A DNA stretch of 64,000 nucleotides from Squalus acanthias (GCA_030390025.1 CM059427.1:19096001-19160000); one strand, 5' to 3'; shown: positions 39,530 to 51,993, numbered from the stretch's first letter. Program-made: numbers and translations. The notes: generated from the letters alone by a model not told the origin.

Positions 39530-40430
39530 TTGCCAATATTGCATAGCCCAGTCCAACAAACAGCAAATGAGATTAATGACCAGCTTGTCTGTTTCTTGGG
39601 TGGTGGTGGTTGAAGAAGAATGTTAGCAGGATACCAGGATAATTCCTAATTCTTTTTTGATTAGTGCCACAGGATCTTTTATAAAAAAGTGAACAGGTAG
39701 GTGGGGCCCCAATTCAATGCCACATCCGAAACATAGCATCTATAACAATGCAACACTCCGAGTACTGCGCTGATATGCGGCTACAATGCTAACTTGTATT
39801 TATATTCTGTCTAATCTAAAGAAATGTCCCAAGGCATATACAGAGGCATAAGGGAATAAAAGGATAAAGAGCCAAAAAAGGAGATAGGAGGGATGATCAA
39901 AATCTTGGTAAAATAGGTAGGTTTTAAGGAGGGTTCTAGAGGTGGAGGAATTTAAGAATGCAATTCCAGAGCATAGGGCCCAGGGAGCTGAAGGCAGAAC
40001 TGGGAGAAGGGGGGCTGCACAAGAAGCCGGTGTCCCAAGAATGGAGAGTTGAGGGGGAAGGTTTGTGGCATGTTGGAAGTGGTCACAGAGATAGGGAGGA
40101 GGGCTGGCCTTGAAGGGATTTAAACATAAAGATGAGAATTTTAAATTTGAGACACTTGGGGTCTGGGAGCCAATATAGGTCAATGAGAATGGGGTAATTG
40201 GCGAGTAGCCCATGGTGCAGGATATGAATCGGCTGAAGTTTATTGATGGCAGAGGATCAAAGCATTAAAGTTGTTGAGTCTGGAGGTGACAAAGGCAGTT
40301 TCAGTGGTAGATAGGTGGAGGCAGACCATGTGATGGAAAGGATATGGGGTTGGAAGCTCCGCTCAAGGTCGAGTAGGACATTGAGCTTGGGAACAGTCTG
40401 GTTCAGTCTGTGACAGTAACTGGGAGGGTA
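39530..40430 (-). mobile_element. Degenerate Deu-SINE (39530-39790) adjoining an old L2 3' fragment (39790-40430)
   Basis: AGTGCCACAGGATCTTTT and ACAATGCAACACTCC resemble 19005-19436. AACTTGTATTTATAT...GTCCCAAGGC...GGGAGCCAATATAGGTCA resembles 20540-20960. Confidence 0.6.
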
Positions 40431-42163
40431 AAATAGTTTTTTTTTAAGAGCTGACACTTGTGTGTTCTTCACAATCTGGCTATAATCAACCAGACAAGCT
40501 GGCTCACGCCATCTGGTCTTACACCTGCAACTGTGAATAGCAATATTGACGATTTACTTGGTAACGGAAAGCTTGAAAAAACTCCTCCGTATTATTTGAT
40601 GGTAATCTTTCTAATCCAATGTCATGCATAAAAACTACCCCCCATAAAATCAAATGGTTTTACAAAAGCTTTTCTTGTGGCTGCAATGCACAATTATGAC
40701 ACATACTTTCTGCAACTGACCTTTGTGTTAAGTGAAAGGATCTATTTACAGTATCTATATTCTCATGTCTGTTCATGTTCCAGTAATTCTGGGTAGTCTA
40801 TCATTGCCAGACCTATGTGTATGTTATGATGGCAAACATAACATTTGCTAACTTTTTGAAAAAAGGTGAATTAATATTAACAAAAATACAATCCATTTTT
40901 TCTTGGAAAACTTAACTCTTTCCCACCCAAGTCCTTCAGAAATGGCCCTGTTATACACTTGTACAAGTTAGCCCCACTGTCACTAAAATCCTGTATCTCC
41001 CATAACACAATTTCTATTCTTCAAGGGAGAAGGCAATCTATCTCCTCCTGAGCCAATGATAAAGTTACTCTGGGTGAGCTAGTAGTGGATGCACAAGTGT
41101 ATTAATTGTCTTAATCTAATAATATATTACATTCCTTCCTTTCTCATGTTCAGTAGCTATCTTCCACGTGGTATCTCCCTGCATGGGATTTATTGTGTCG
41201 TGGAGGTAAAACCTGTGATGTAATGGACAGTTTGCAGTCTGCCAATGTGGAAATGTGTGATGCTACTAGGTAATTGACTTTTGATTAGTATTAATTGGCC
41301 ATATTTTGGCAGAGAAGGTTAAAGAAAAGAGGTAGGTTTTGCAATAATTAAATAAATACAATAATTGAGAATTCCAATTTATATCTTTCTAGTATCCATT
41401 ATTAGAATGTGTTGCTTTGATTGGTATAATGGTGTGCCATGAAAATAATTACTCTAATCAGGTGTCTATCCCTGTGTTCGTTAACAGTATTTTTCAATTG
41501 CTAGTAATTTCTTCCTATGCAAAGTTGCTAAAAAAAGCTGAATTCCCACTGAATATAAATTTTGGACTCTTTCTGGTGAGGTTACTATAAACTCAATTGT
41601 CAAAGCTCTGTTTATCCCACTTTTTTATCCAATCTTCAATTACTCTTAACAGAAGAGTATGGGATCATAGGCATTTTTTTAAAAACAATTTCAAAATGTC
41701 TTTGGTGAAGTGCTGCAGAGATGGCTGTTAAGTAAGGTTCCACCTTGTGGGTTCAGCAGCCAAATTTTAAGATGGATTGCAAATTGGCTACATTCACATA
41801 GGTAGATGATGATTATTAATGGTAGTGGCTCTGCCTGGGGTCCAGTCAATAGTCAAGACCTACAGGGAATCCATGTTGGAACTGTTGCTCTTCACCATCT
41901 TTATGAATGATTTGCATGAACGTATTGAGGGGGGGGGGGGCAGTAGAAATTGTTATGCATTGTGACTATTTTTCAGTCAAGCGCAAAGTATGCCAATTTA
42001 GCAGTAGGACTGCATGCACCCAATCTGTGCAGGTATTGGTCCCACTGCAAAATTCATGGCCCTTTTTTTAAGGTGTCAGGCCTAACGCCTACTGAAGGAC
42101 ACCTTGCTGAAATTACTCACTGATGAGTGCTTCGGATTCTTCAGCAGCCCTGGCAGCTGCCAA

Positions 42164-44260
42164 TGAATCATAGAATGGTGCAGCACAGAAGGAGGCCATT
42201 TGGCCCATCATGCCTGTGCCAACTCTTTGCTAGAGCTATCCAATTAATCACACTCCCCTGCTCTTTCCCCATAGCCCTGTTTTTAAAAAAAAAAAAAATT
42301 CTCCAAGTATTTCTAATTCTCTTTTGAATGTTACTACTGAATCTGCTTCCACCACCCTTTCAAGCAGTGCATTCCAGGTCACCACAACTCGCGGTGTTAA
42401 AAAAAAAAAAAAAAAAAAAGTTTCCTCATGTCGCCTCTGGTTCTTTTTCCAGTCAGCTTAAATCTGCGTCCTCTGGTTACCAGCCCTTCTGCCACTGGAA
42501 ATAGTTTCTCCTTATTTACTCTATCAAAACCCTTCATGATTTTGAACAATTCGGGGAACGTAGGGTCTAATGAGAGGGAGGAACTGAATGAAATCAGTAT
42601 TTGTAGGGAAATGGTGTTAGGGAAATTGACGGGATTGAAGGCCGATAAATCCCCAGGGCCTGATAATCTACATCCTAGGGTACCTAAGAAAGTGGCCCTA
42701 GAAATAGTAGATGCATTGCTGGTCATCTTTCAAAATTCTATAGACTCTGGAACAGTTCCCATGGATTGGAGGGCAGCTAATGTAACCCCACTACTTAAAA
42801 AAGGTGCTAGAGAGAAAACGGGGAATTATAGACCGGTAAGCCTGACATCGGTAGTGCGCAAAATGCTAGAGTCCATTATAAAAGATGTAATAGCAGAGCA
42901 ATTGGAAACCAGTGACCGGATCGGACAAAGTCAACATGGATTTACAAAAGGTAAATCGTGCTTGACTAATCTACTGGAATTTTTTGAGGATGTAACTGTT
43001 AGAGTAGATAAGGGAGAACCAGTGGATGTGGTGTATTTGGACTTTCAGAAGGCTTTCGTTAAGGTCCCGCATAAGAGATTAGCGTGCGAGGTTAAAGCAC
43101 ATGGAATTAGGGGTAAGGTACTGACTTGGATAGAGAACTGGTTGGCAGACAGGAAGCAAAGAGTTGGAATAAACGGGTCTTTTTCTGAGTGGCAGGCAGT
43201 GACTCGTGAGGTACTGCAGGGATCGGTGCTAGGACCCCAGCTATCCACAATATATATTAATGATCTGGACGAGGGGACTAGATGTAATATCTCCAAGTTT
43301 GCAGACGACACAAAGCTGGGTGGGCGTGTGTGTTGTGAGGAGGATGCCGAGAAACTCCAGTATGATTTGGACAGGTTAGGTGATTGGGCAGATGCATGGT
43401 AGGCGCAGTATAATGTGGATAAATGCGAGGTTATCCACTTTGGTGGCAAAAACAGGAAGGCAGATTATTATCTGAATGGCAATAGATTGGGAGAAGGGGA
43501 AGTGCAACGAGACCTGGGTGTCCTTGTGCACCAGTCGCTGAAGGTAAGCATGCAGGTGCAGCAGGCAGTTAAGAAGGCAAATGGTATGTTGGCCTTCATA
43601 GCGAGAGGATTCGAGTACAGGAGCAAGGATGTCTTGCTGCAGTTGTACAGGGCCTTGGTGAGACCACACCTTGAGTATTGTGCGCAGTTTTGGTCGCCTT
43701 ATCTGAGGAAGGATGTTCTTGCCATGGAGGGAGTGCAGCGAAGATTCACCAGACTGATACCTGGGATGGCAGGAATGACGTATGAAGAGAGATTGGGTCG
43801 ATTGGGTTTATATTCGTTGGAGTTTAGAAGAATGAGAGGGGATCTCATTGAAACTTATAAAATTCTAACAGGACTAGACAGACTAGATGCAGGAAGGATG
43901 TTCCCGATGGCGGGGGAGTCCAGAACCAGGGGTCACAGTCTAAAGATAAGGGGTAAGCCATTTAGGACAGAGATGAGTAGGAATTTCTTCACCCAGAGAG
44001 TGGTGAACCTGTGGAATTCTCTACCACAAAAGGCAGTTGAGGCCAATTCATTAAATATATTCAAGAAAGAGTTGGATATATTTCTTAAGGCTAAAGGGAT
44101 CAAGGGCTATGGGGAGAAAGCAGGGACAGGGTACTGAATTTGGATGATCAGCCATGATCTCATTAAATGGCAGCAGGCTCGAGGGGCCGAATGGCCTACT
44201 CCTGCTCCTATCTTCTATGTTTCTATGTATGTTTCTATCTCTAGCCAGTCTCCCCTTAAG
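42164..44260 (-). mobile_element. CR1 3' fragment split by a younger CR1
   Basis: 42164-42548 is a CR1 tail and RT end (LFKIMKGFDRVNKEKLFP). TTTTGAACA resumes as TCTCTAGCCAGTCTCCCCTTAA at 44238 (compare 61165-61192). Confidence 0.75.
42549..44237 (+). mobile_element. Young 5'-truncated CR1 LINE; RT open except for one stop
   Basis: ORFs 42428..43402 and 43415..44137 are in frame, separated by TAG at 43400. YLDFQKAF, YINDL, FADDTK; tail (TTCTATGT)n. Confidence 0.95.
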
Positions 44261-45494
44261 GGTAAGTTTAAAAATAACTCTTCCTGTCTAGTGAGCAAGA
44301 TTGCGCTCCCCCCCCCCCCCCCCCCCCCCCACCCTTGTATCTCGCATCAATTTCCCCTCCTTGGTCTTGCTTGAAGACAGCTTCCAGTGAGGCAGGTGGC
44401 CTGACATTGATCTCTTCGCTCAGGCGAGCTTCCTGTGGAGGAATGACCAGCAGCTCACGCTAAATATGCTGATTAGGCCCGAGGACCCATTTCCTTGCAG
44501 CCTCGTGCCCCTCAGTTCAGGCATGTGCTTGTCGAAGACGGGCCCCGACCAAAATCTACCCTTGGAAGTTCTTAAGTTTCCCGATTACACGAAGGTATAC
44601 GTGGGAGGTATGACTCTCGATGAACTAAATAGACTGTTGACTGATTTAGGTACATTGGGAGAATGGACCGGAGTGTGGAATTTGTCCTTCAATAAATGCA
44701 GCATGATATATTTGGGTCAGGGAAATTCTAGGCATGTGTATAGCATGAAGGCTTACTTTAAGTCTGCGGAGCATGAAAGGGAACTGGAGGTCATTGTTCA
44801 TGAAATACTGAAGGCTCCTGAACAGTGCCATAAGGCTGTAGAGAAAACAAATAAGGTTCTGGATGTGTAGCTAGGACAGTTATATACAAAACTGGAAATG
44901 AAATATTTACCCTGTACAAGACCCGCATCTACAATACTGTGCCCAGTTTCAGTCCCCTCACACGGTGGGACATATTGAACCCCGAGAGAAGCTCAAGATG
45001 AGAGCCATCAGAATAATATCCTATCAGAACTCTTAGTTCTCAGGACTTGGTCAAGGACCTGGGGCTTTATTTCTTTGGAGAATTGTAGACTTTGAGGGAA
45101 TATGATTGAGTCTTGAAAATGATGAAAGAATAGATTTTGCTTGGTTGGATAGATTATTTGAACTTTATAGAGAGATGAGGACTAGGGGGTATCAGTGCAA
45201 AAATAAGAAATCACAAATGTTTGGTTAGATGGCAGGAAGTACTTTTTGCAGAGAGTCACTGACCTCTGGAGTAGATTGCCAAAACATGCAATGAGTATGA
45301 ATTCATTTCAGGCCTTCAGTAGGGAGCTTGACCAATTCCTGTGAATGGAAGACATCTCAAGTTATAGAAGGTAGATGAGGTCAGCAATGACGAGTGTTAT
45401 CAGTTACGGCAGTCTCCTGGAGTTTCGCGATGACCTTTGGGGGTCTGAAAGGTCACCAGGAGTTAACTTAGGGTGAGTTGATGGTCATCGAGTT

Positions 45495-45645
45495 ATCGAG
45501 TCATAACGGCACAGAAGGAGGCCATTCGGCCCATCGAGTCCGTGCCAGCGCTCTCTAGAGCAATCCAGTCACTCCCATTCCCCCACTCTATCCCCATAGC
45601 CCTGCAAGTTTATTTCCCTCAAATGCCTATCCAGTCTCCCCTTAA
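45495..45645 (-). mobile_element. Short CR1 3' tail
   Basis: GGCACAGAAGGAGGCCATTCGGCCCATCGAGTC...CCCCATAGCCCTGCAA, as at 42180 and 60830. Confidence 0.75.
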
Positions 45646-45684
45646 AAACACTGGGGGGAATTTTGCCAGCCCTGGGGAGGTGGG

Positions 45685-45878
45685 TGTGGTAACACAATAC
45701 AGCTTCCTGTGACTCGAACTTTATTGCATCACTTCCTGTGATTAGTCCAGGATAAATACTGGACTGATCAGTTGGATCCTGGAGAGGCATAGAGTAAGAC
45801 CTCTTTTGTATGTAGCACCTTTTTAGTTGATTAAAGCTTACTTTAAGTTCACCACGCGTAAGGCTCATTCTTACGACA
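45685..45878 (+). repeat. 5' LTR
   Basis: Direct repeat of 49932-50125; ATTAAA at 45830-45835. Confidence 0.97.
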
Positions 45879-45879
45879 A

Positions 45880-45890
45880 TTTAATCAACT
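45880..45890 (+). promoter_or_regulatory. Putative self-complementary primer-binding site
   Basis: TTTAATCAACT lies 1 nt after the LTR and is the exact reverse complement of AGTTGATTAAA at 45825-45835. Confidence 0.7.
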
Positions 45891-45956
45891 TTGGAAAACT
45901 TCGCACTCAAACTTTTTGGACGAACTCGGAACTAAGGATCCAGGGAATCACCCATC

Positions 45957-48900
45957 ATGGAAAACATCCTTAAACCATCGCGTCTTGACTTGGACCCAAA
46001 CACCCCAGCAGCCGGTAAGGTGTGGAAACACTGGTATTGCACGTTTGACAATTTTCTGGAATATTGTAAGGCTGATGATGACTCAAAGTTGCGGATACTC
46101 ATCAACTGTGTCACCCCGAATGTATTTCAGTATGTGGAGGAATGGGGCAGTTACGAGGAGGCAATTCGGATGCTTAAGAGACTATATGCTAAGACACCGA
46201 ATGAGGTCTATGCCAGACATCTACTCGCTACAGCCCAACAAGGGCCGGAGGAATCCATTGATAAATTCCTCCAAGAGCTTCGCAGACTTAGTATGGACTG
46301 TAACTTTCAGGCGGCCTCAGCTGAGCTGTACCGTGAAGAAATGATCCGTGATGCTTTCATCTGCGGGCTTGCCTCCCCATTTATACACCAGCGTCTACTG
46401 GAAAGTAAGACACTTGAGCTTCACAGAGCTTATGACATGGCTTGCTCTCTAGATCTGGCAAAAAGAAATGCAGACCTTTTATACAGTGCCCAGACCTCGG
46501 TCTGCTGCCTTAACTACAGTCAGGCAATTTAAGAGGCCACAGGTGAACTCTATTAGGGAGGACTTTATCCCTGACGATCAATCTGATGACTTCACTGATG
46601 AAGAGGATGATGACCCCACTGTGGCAGCCTCTTGGCAATCTAAGAAATGCTTCTTTTGTGGTGATGAGTTTCACCCTTGGAAATTCTGCCCTGCTCGCAA
46701 TGCGTTTTGCAGTCATTGCAACAAAAAGGGTCATTTTGCAAAGGTTTGCCTATCAAGAGCCTTTACGAGGGCTTATCAAGCTAAGTCCTACTGAACTGCC
46801 CCGGTAAGGGCCTATCAAGATGTTCCGGCTAAAATCTATCGTGCTTCCTCTTGGGTTTCCTCTCGAAGAAACACACCTAGAGTTTCAGCCACTCTTTGTG
46901 CAACGACACCAATTACAGCTGCTTGTCCTCCGAACCTATTCCATGCAGCTACAAAAGCATCAATTAATGGACATACTTTAGATGCCTTAATTGACTCAGG
47001 TAGCACTGATAGTTTCATTAGGGAACAGATTGTTGCAGAGTTAAAGCTACATGTTTTCCCATCGGACCAGGCAATTGCGATGGCTCAGTCATCACTTAAT
47101 ACCAGAATTTCTGGCTTTTGTATGGTTGAAGTAACACTTAATGGTCACAGGTATCCCTCCACCCGGCTTTCGGTGCTCAGGGACTTATGTACTGATCTTA
47201 TCTTAGGGCTGGATTTTCAAAAGCAGCATAAGAAGCTCACCATTGAGTTCGGCGGATCCAAACCTGAACTCACTATTTCTAATATACTACCTCGATTACC
47301 GTTCTGTGCATTGTCAGCAGCTTCACTGGATGAACCCTCACTGTTTACCAGTATCCCTCCTCGATGCAAACCGATTATAACAAAGTCACGACGTTTCAGT
47401 CAGGAAGACCAGTCTTTTATTGCAGCTGAGATTTCTCGGCTTTTAGCAGAGGATATCATCGAGCCTTGTTCGTCGCCATGGCGCGCCCAGGTCGTTATTG
47501 TTAAGAACCCTCTACAACCTCACAAGAAACGGCTGTGCATTGACTATTCACAGACCATCAATCAATATACGGACTTGGACGCATACCCATTGCCGCGCAT
47601 CGATGATATGGTTAATAAACTGGCTGAGTACACGGTGTTCTCAACATATGATCTGAAAAGTGCCTATCATCAGGTACCCTTGAAGGTCTCAGACAAGCAG
47701 TATACGGCCTTTGAAGCCAATGGACGGCTGTATCAATTTCGTCGCCTCCCCTTTGGGGTCACTAATGGAGTGGCTGTCTTCCAGCGAGCAATGGATGACC
47801 TGGTCAAACAGGAAGACTTGAAGGATACGTTTCCTTATCTGGACAATATTACTGTCGCAGGTCGCAATCAGCGGGAACATGACGCCAATCTCCAACCATT
47901 TTGGGACGCACTCCAGCACCGTAATTTGACATTAAATGCGGCTAAATCCATTGAGTCACAACCAACCATCAACATCCTTGGCTATTGTGTGGGCAATGGC
48001 ATCATTAAACCTGACCCTGAAAGGCTTCGCCCACTCCAAGAACTCCCGCCACCTAAGAATCCGGCCTCCTTGCGCCGGGCCCTCGGCCTGTTTGCATACT
48101 ATGCTAAATGGATTCCTAACTTCTCGGACCGAATCCAACCTCTACTGAAGGCCAGCACATTCCCACTAGACACAGCGGCTGTTGCAGCCTTTAACCTCCT
48201 GAAAAAACAGTTGGAGTAAGCGGCTCTTCACTCCATCGATGAGAGTCTTCCTTTTGTCGTTGAGTGTGATGCCTCGGAGGTGGCGATCTCGGCCACTCTG
48301 AATCAGGAAGGTCGTCCGGTGGCATTTTTGTCCAGGACTTTTCAAGGGGCTGAGCTACATTATCCTCCAGTCGAGAAAGAAGCTACAGCCATCATAGAGG
48401 CAGTACGGAAGTGGAGTCATCTCCTAGCTCGCCAGCACTTTACCTTAATCACGGACCAGCAATCGGTCGCCTTCATGCTCGATAATCGAAAACGGACCAA
48501 AATTAAAAATAATAAAATCCAGCTTTGGCGGCTGGAATTGGCCTCTTTTGGTTACACCATCCACTATCGACCTGGCAAGGAGAATGTGGCTCCGGATACC
48601 CTCACACGAGCATTCTGCTCCGCCATGGCACCCTCTATGCTCGTAGACATCCATGATGGGTTGTGTCATCCGGGCGTTACTCGCATGCTACACTTCGTGC
48701 GGTCCCGAAATCTCCCATTCTCTACCGGGGATGTAAAGATGATGTGCTCGGACTGCAGAGTCTGTGCGGAATTGAAACCTCAGTTTTTCCGCCCCTCGGG
48801 TGGTATACTCATACATGCGACCCAGCCAATGCAACGGCTTAGCATCGATTTTAAGGGGCCGTTGCCCTCTTCAACTCGCAACACTTATCTGTTGACCATG

Positions 48901-49914
48901 GTCGATGAGTATTCCCGTTTTCCGTTTGCCTTTCCCTGCCCCGATATGCTGACGACCACGGTTATCAGCTGCCTTGAGCAGGTATTTGCTTTCTGTGGCA
49001 TGGCATCCTATGTTCATTCGGATCGGGGCCCTTCTTTTATGTCAGGAGAACTCAAGGCCTATCGCTCGGAATGGGGTATTGCTGCCAGCAGAACGACGCC
49101 TTATCATCCGGTCAGGAATGGGCAAGTCGAGCGTTTTAACGCTATCATCTGGAATGCGGTACGTCTGGCTTTGAGATCTCGGGGCCTACCCAACCAGCAA
49201 TGGGAAGCAGTACTTCCAGACGCATTACACTCCACACGGTCCCTCCTTTCGACCGCCACAAATACGACGCCTCATGAACGGTTCTTCCGATTTCAGCGTC
49301 GCTCATCCTATGGGATGTCTCTCCCGTCGTGGCTGACTGCACCGGGACCAGTGCTACTCCGAAGATATGTCCGGGCGTCTAAGAATGACCCCCTGGTAGA
49401 TGAAGTTGAGCTCACTGACGTCAACCCTACCTACGCCTATATTCGGTATCCTGACGGTCGGGAATCTACCGTGTCATTGCGGGATCTGGCTCCCTGCCCG
49501 CCGAAACATAGAGGGACACCAGGGGATGATATTGTACCAGGCACATCTCTGGGCTCGCCAGGTGCCTCTCATCACGATCTGGATCTGACGCCGGCTGGTA
49601 CCTCACTCCAGCGTGCCGACCTGGGGCAGACTGACTATGAGCCCGTCGGGGCTCGCACGCGCAGCCACGATCCACCCCGTACCGTACGCTCGGAAACGGA
49701 TCTGCCACAGCCCTGCCCGACACCCGTTCGGGCACCAGTACACCGTCAGGATCGTCCTGACCCCTCACAGAGCGGGCTGGATCACTCGGACTCTGGTCCA
49801 CGGCCCGCGGCGGGTAAACGGGCTAGGGGCCCTCTACCGCTACGTGAACCCAAACGGGTGCGGCTCTCCCTCGTCCAGCGGCTACGAAATGGAGGGAGCA
49901 TCCCGGCCTCCTAA
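45957..49914 (+). pseudogene. gag-pol polyprotein with one frameshift and two in-frame stops
   Basis: Gag WKHWYCTFDNFL; two CCHC knuckles (CFFCGDEFHPWKFC, CSHCNKKGHFAKVC); protease LIDSGS; RT LPFGV/YLDN; RNase H CDAS; integrase HHCC plus DFKGP/SDRG/VER. Frameshift at about 46480-46530, TGA at 46792, TAA at 48217. Confidence 0.92.
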
Positions 49915-49931
49915 TCTTTTGGGGGGGAGAA

Positions 49932-50125
49932 TGTGGTAACACAATACAGCTTCCTGTGACTCGAACTTTATTGCATCACTTCCTGTGATTAGTCCAGGAT
50001 AAATACTGGACTGATCAGTTGGATCCTGGAGAGGCATAGAGTAAGACCTCTTTTGTATGTAGCACCTTTTTAGTTGATTAAAGCTTACTTTAAGTTCACC
50101 ACGCGCAAGGCTCATTCTTACGACA
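49932..50125 (+). repeat. 3' LTR
   Basis: Preceded by the PPT and followed by the TSD GTGGG. Confidence 0.97.
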
Positions 50126-51284
50126 GTGGGTATGGAGGCGGGACTGCTGGGAAAATGGCAGAAACTGGGAGCGGGTACCGACCCCGCTCCCAACGCCGTG
50201 CCATCTTCCCAGGAGGCGGGTCCCCGACTCGCGCAGGGACCCGTCTCCTCGAAGCAGGAAGGGGATTACAGCCAATTAACTGCCTGTTAACAGGTAGTTA
50301 ACAGGCAGTTTTGAGGCTTATCCCCATTTTACCCCTGCAAGTGCGGGCTTCCCGACGGCTGCGAACCTCACCAGGGTCAGCAAGGCAAGCAGTGGGTCTA
50401 CGGGGGTGAGCGGGATCGAAAAGTCCGCTGTAGAGGTGAGTGATGGGTGCAAGTGTGGAGCGGTAAGTAGGAGAGGTGAGTGTAAACTGTATGAAAAAGT
50501 TTACTTACCTTTGCTTCTTCCTGCAGGCTTCAACCCTTGGGGATCCGGAGAGTCTCGATCTCACCGGCAGAGATGACAGAATGGCTGTTGTCTTCTCAGA
50601 TGCAGCAGCCATCTGCTTTCTGCTGAGGAGAGGGGTTCTGGTGAGTCATTGTGCGAGGGCTCACCTTAGAACAGAGATTCAGTGTTTGACAGCTTCTCAA
50701 AGCTGTCAAACGCTGACAATTCATTTGTCAAAAATCTTTTGACAAATGAAACATCATACGCTGATGTCCTCTGTCACCGGCTTTCCCTTAATTGGCCGGC
50801 TAAGCCCACAGGGCAGGCTTAACAAGGTCAATCAAGGGAAAATAGCGTGGGCTGGCCAGACGTCGTTGGGAGTGGGACTGAAACCTGAAAACCAGCAGTC
50901 CCGCCCCAACACACCCCCATTGAGAAATTCCAGCCCCTTCAGTGTTTCCGTTTCCACCACTTCTGTCGGCAGCGAGTTCCAGGACTGCACGAGTGCAAAG
51001 GCTGCACCATGTCTTGATGGAACAGACTCAATGGTCCAGTTGGTCTGTTGCCCTGTTTGGTATATTTACAAAGGAATTACAGAATGAGCTTTTGAAGTAT
51101 TGCAAGAATTTGACACTTCGATGTTATAATGTCTCTGCTAATCACTGCTGATCTGTACTAGAACGAATGGAAGCTTCTGGATAGCTGTATTCTCGTTCTG
51201 GAACTCTGCAGTCAGTATTTGTACTAATTTTGTTGGACAGAATCTCCCCCAGAATCATTTCCAATTTGTACAGGCCAATGAATG

Positions 51285-51410
51285 AACGAACTTACATTTA
51301 AATGGCGTCTTTCGCACCCACAAGACGTTCAAAAGCACTTCACAGCCAATGAAATACTTTTGAAATGTGGTTACTGTTGTAACGTAGGAAATCGGGACAG
51401 CCAACTTTAC
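51285..51410 (-). mobile_element. Deu-SINE 3' fragment
   Basis: CACAGCCAATGAAATACTTTTGAAATGTGGTTACTGTTGTAACGTAGGAAA matches 19058-19110. Confidence 0.65.
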
Positions 51411-51993
51411 CACATGCCCAGCAAGCACCACAATCCAGGAGAAGGTCTGCTGTCCTAAATCAACCTCAATAAAAGATGAATAAACTATTTCCAAGAGTAC
51501 GTAAGCTGTTGTATTACAAGCAGAATGCTAAAATGTCATCCAGCAAAGATTTCTTTTGGTTTTATAACTCTACATATGGTAATAGTGAAACTATAAATAC
51601 TTGTGAAAATATACTTGTGATTATAGTTCTCAATATTTAGCAGGTTTATGTTGCCTGTTTTATTCGGTTTCTGAAACCCCCTGAAATTTGAAGGAGAAAC
51701 CTGCCTTTGTGAAAGGCCAGTGCGGAATATTTGCCTTGCTTATCCAGTATCCACTGGTTTGCAAGGATTATGGTGACCATTTATTATACATTGCCACTTT
51801 TTAAATTGCATTGCTATACTGATTGTGGGTCAGTTTTCCCATCGCATTTAAGGAAGTTTGCAGGCTGGTGAGTTTTGACATGACAAATACTGGCCTGCTC
51901 TCAAAGATCTGCCCGGTTACTCCCCTGGGTAAGATGAGGTAAAAATGAGAAGTCGCACAACACCAGGTTATAGTCCAACAGATTTATTTAATT

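Larger units (their letters stand above)
41930..44561. mobile_element. MITE-like element inside the old CR1, itself interrupted by CR1s
   Basis: Ends G(n)CAGTAGAAATTG...CAAAATCTACCC and occupies exactly the gap in the host CR1 reading frame. Confidence 0.5.
41690..45380 (+). mobile_element. Very old CR1 RT fragment hosting nested insertions
   Basis: FTIFMNDLHERIE (ends 41928) resumes as VLKFPDYTKV (44568 onward), i.e. the split INDL..FADDTK motif. Continues in ORF 44466..44870. Confidence 0.7.
45685..50125 (+). mobile_element. Full-length Ty3/Gypsy LTR retrotransposon (Mag-like)
   Basis: 194-bp LTRs TG...CA (45685-45878, 49932-50125) with 1 mismatch; 5-bp TSD GTGGG; PPT GGGGGGGAGAA at 49921-49931; domain order gag-PR-RT-RH-IN. 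Confidence 0.97.
45653..50937. mobile_element. GC-rich MITE-like element hosting the Gypsy insertion
   Basis: Ends GGGGGGAATTTT / AAATTCCAGCCCC. Perfect subterminal inverted 14-mer GGCGGGACTGCTGG (50137-50150) / CCAGCAGTCCCGCC (50892-50905). Internal palindromes at 50274-50310 and 50686-50709. Confidence 0.65.

Noticed and set aside
42428-43402. 324-aa RT ORF as a functional gene
   Set aside because: Chimera of an antisense CR1 tail and a 5'-truncated CR1; lacks the endonuclease and ends at a premature stop.
45892-45910. TGGAAAACTTCGC as a tRNA PBS
   Set aside because: It lies 13 nt from the LTR end, whereas a PBS normally starts within about 0-3 nt. A tRNA search is still needed to exclude it fully.
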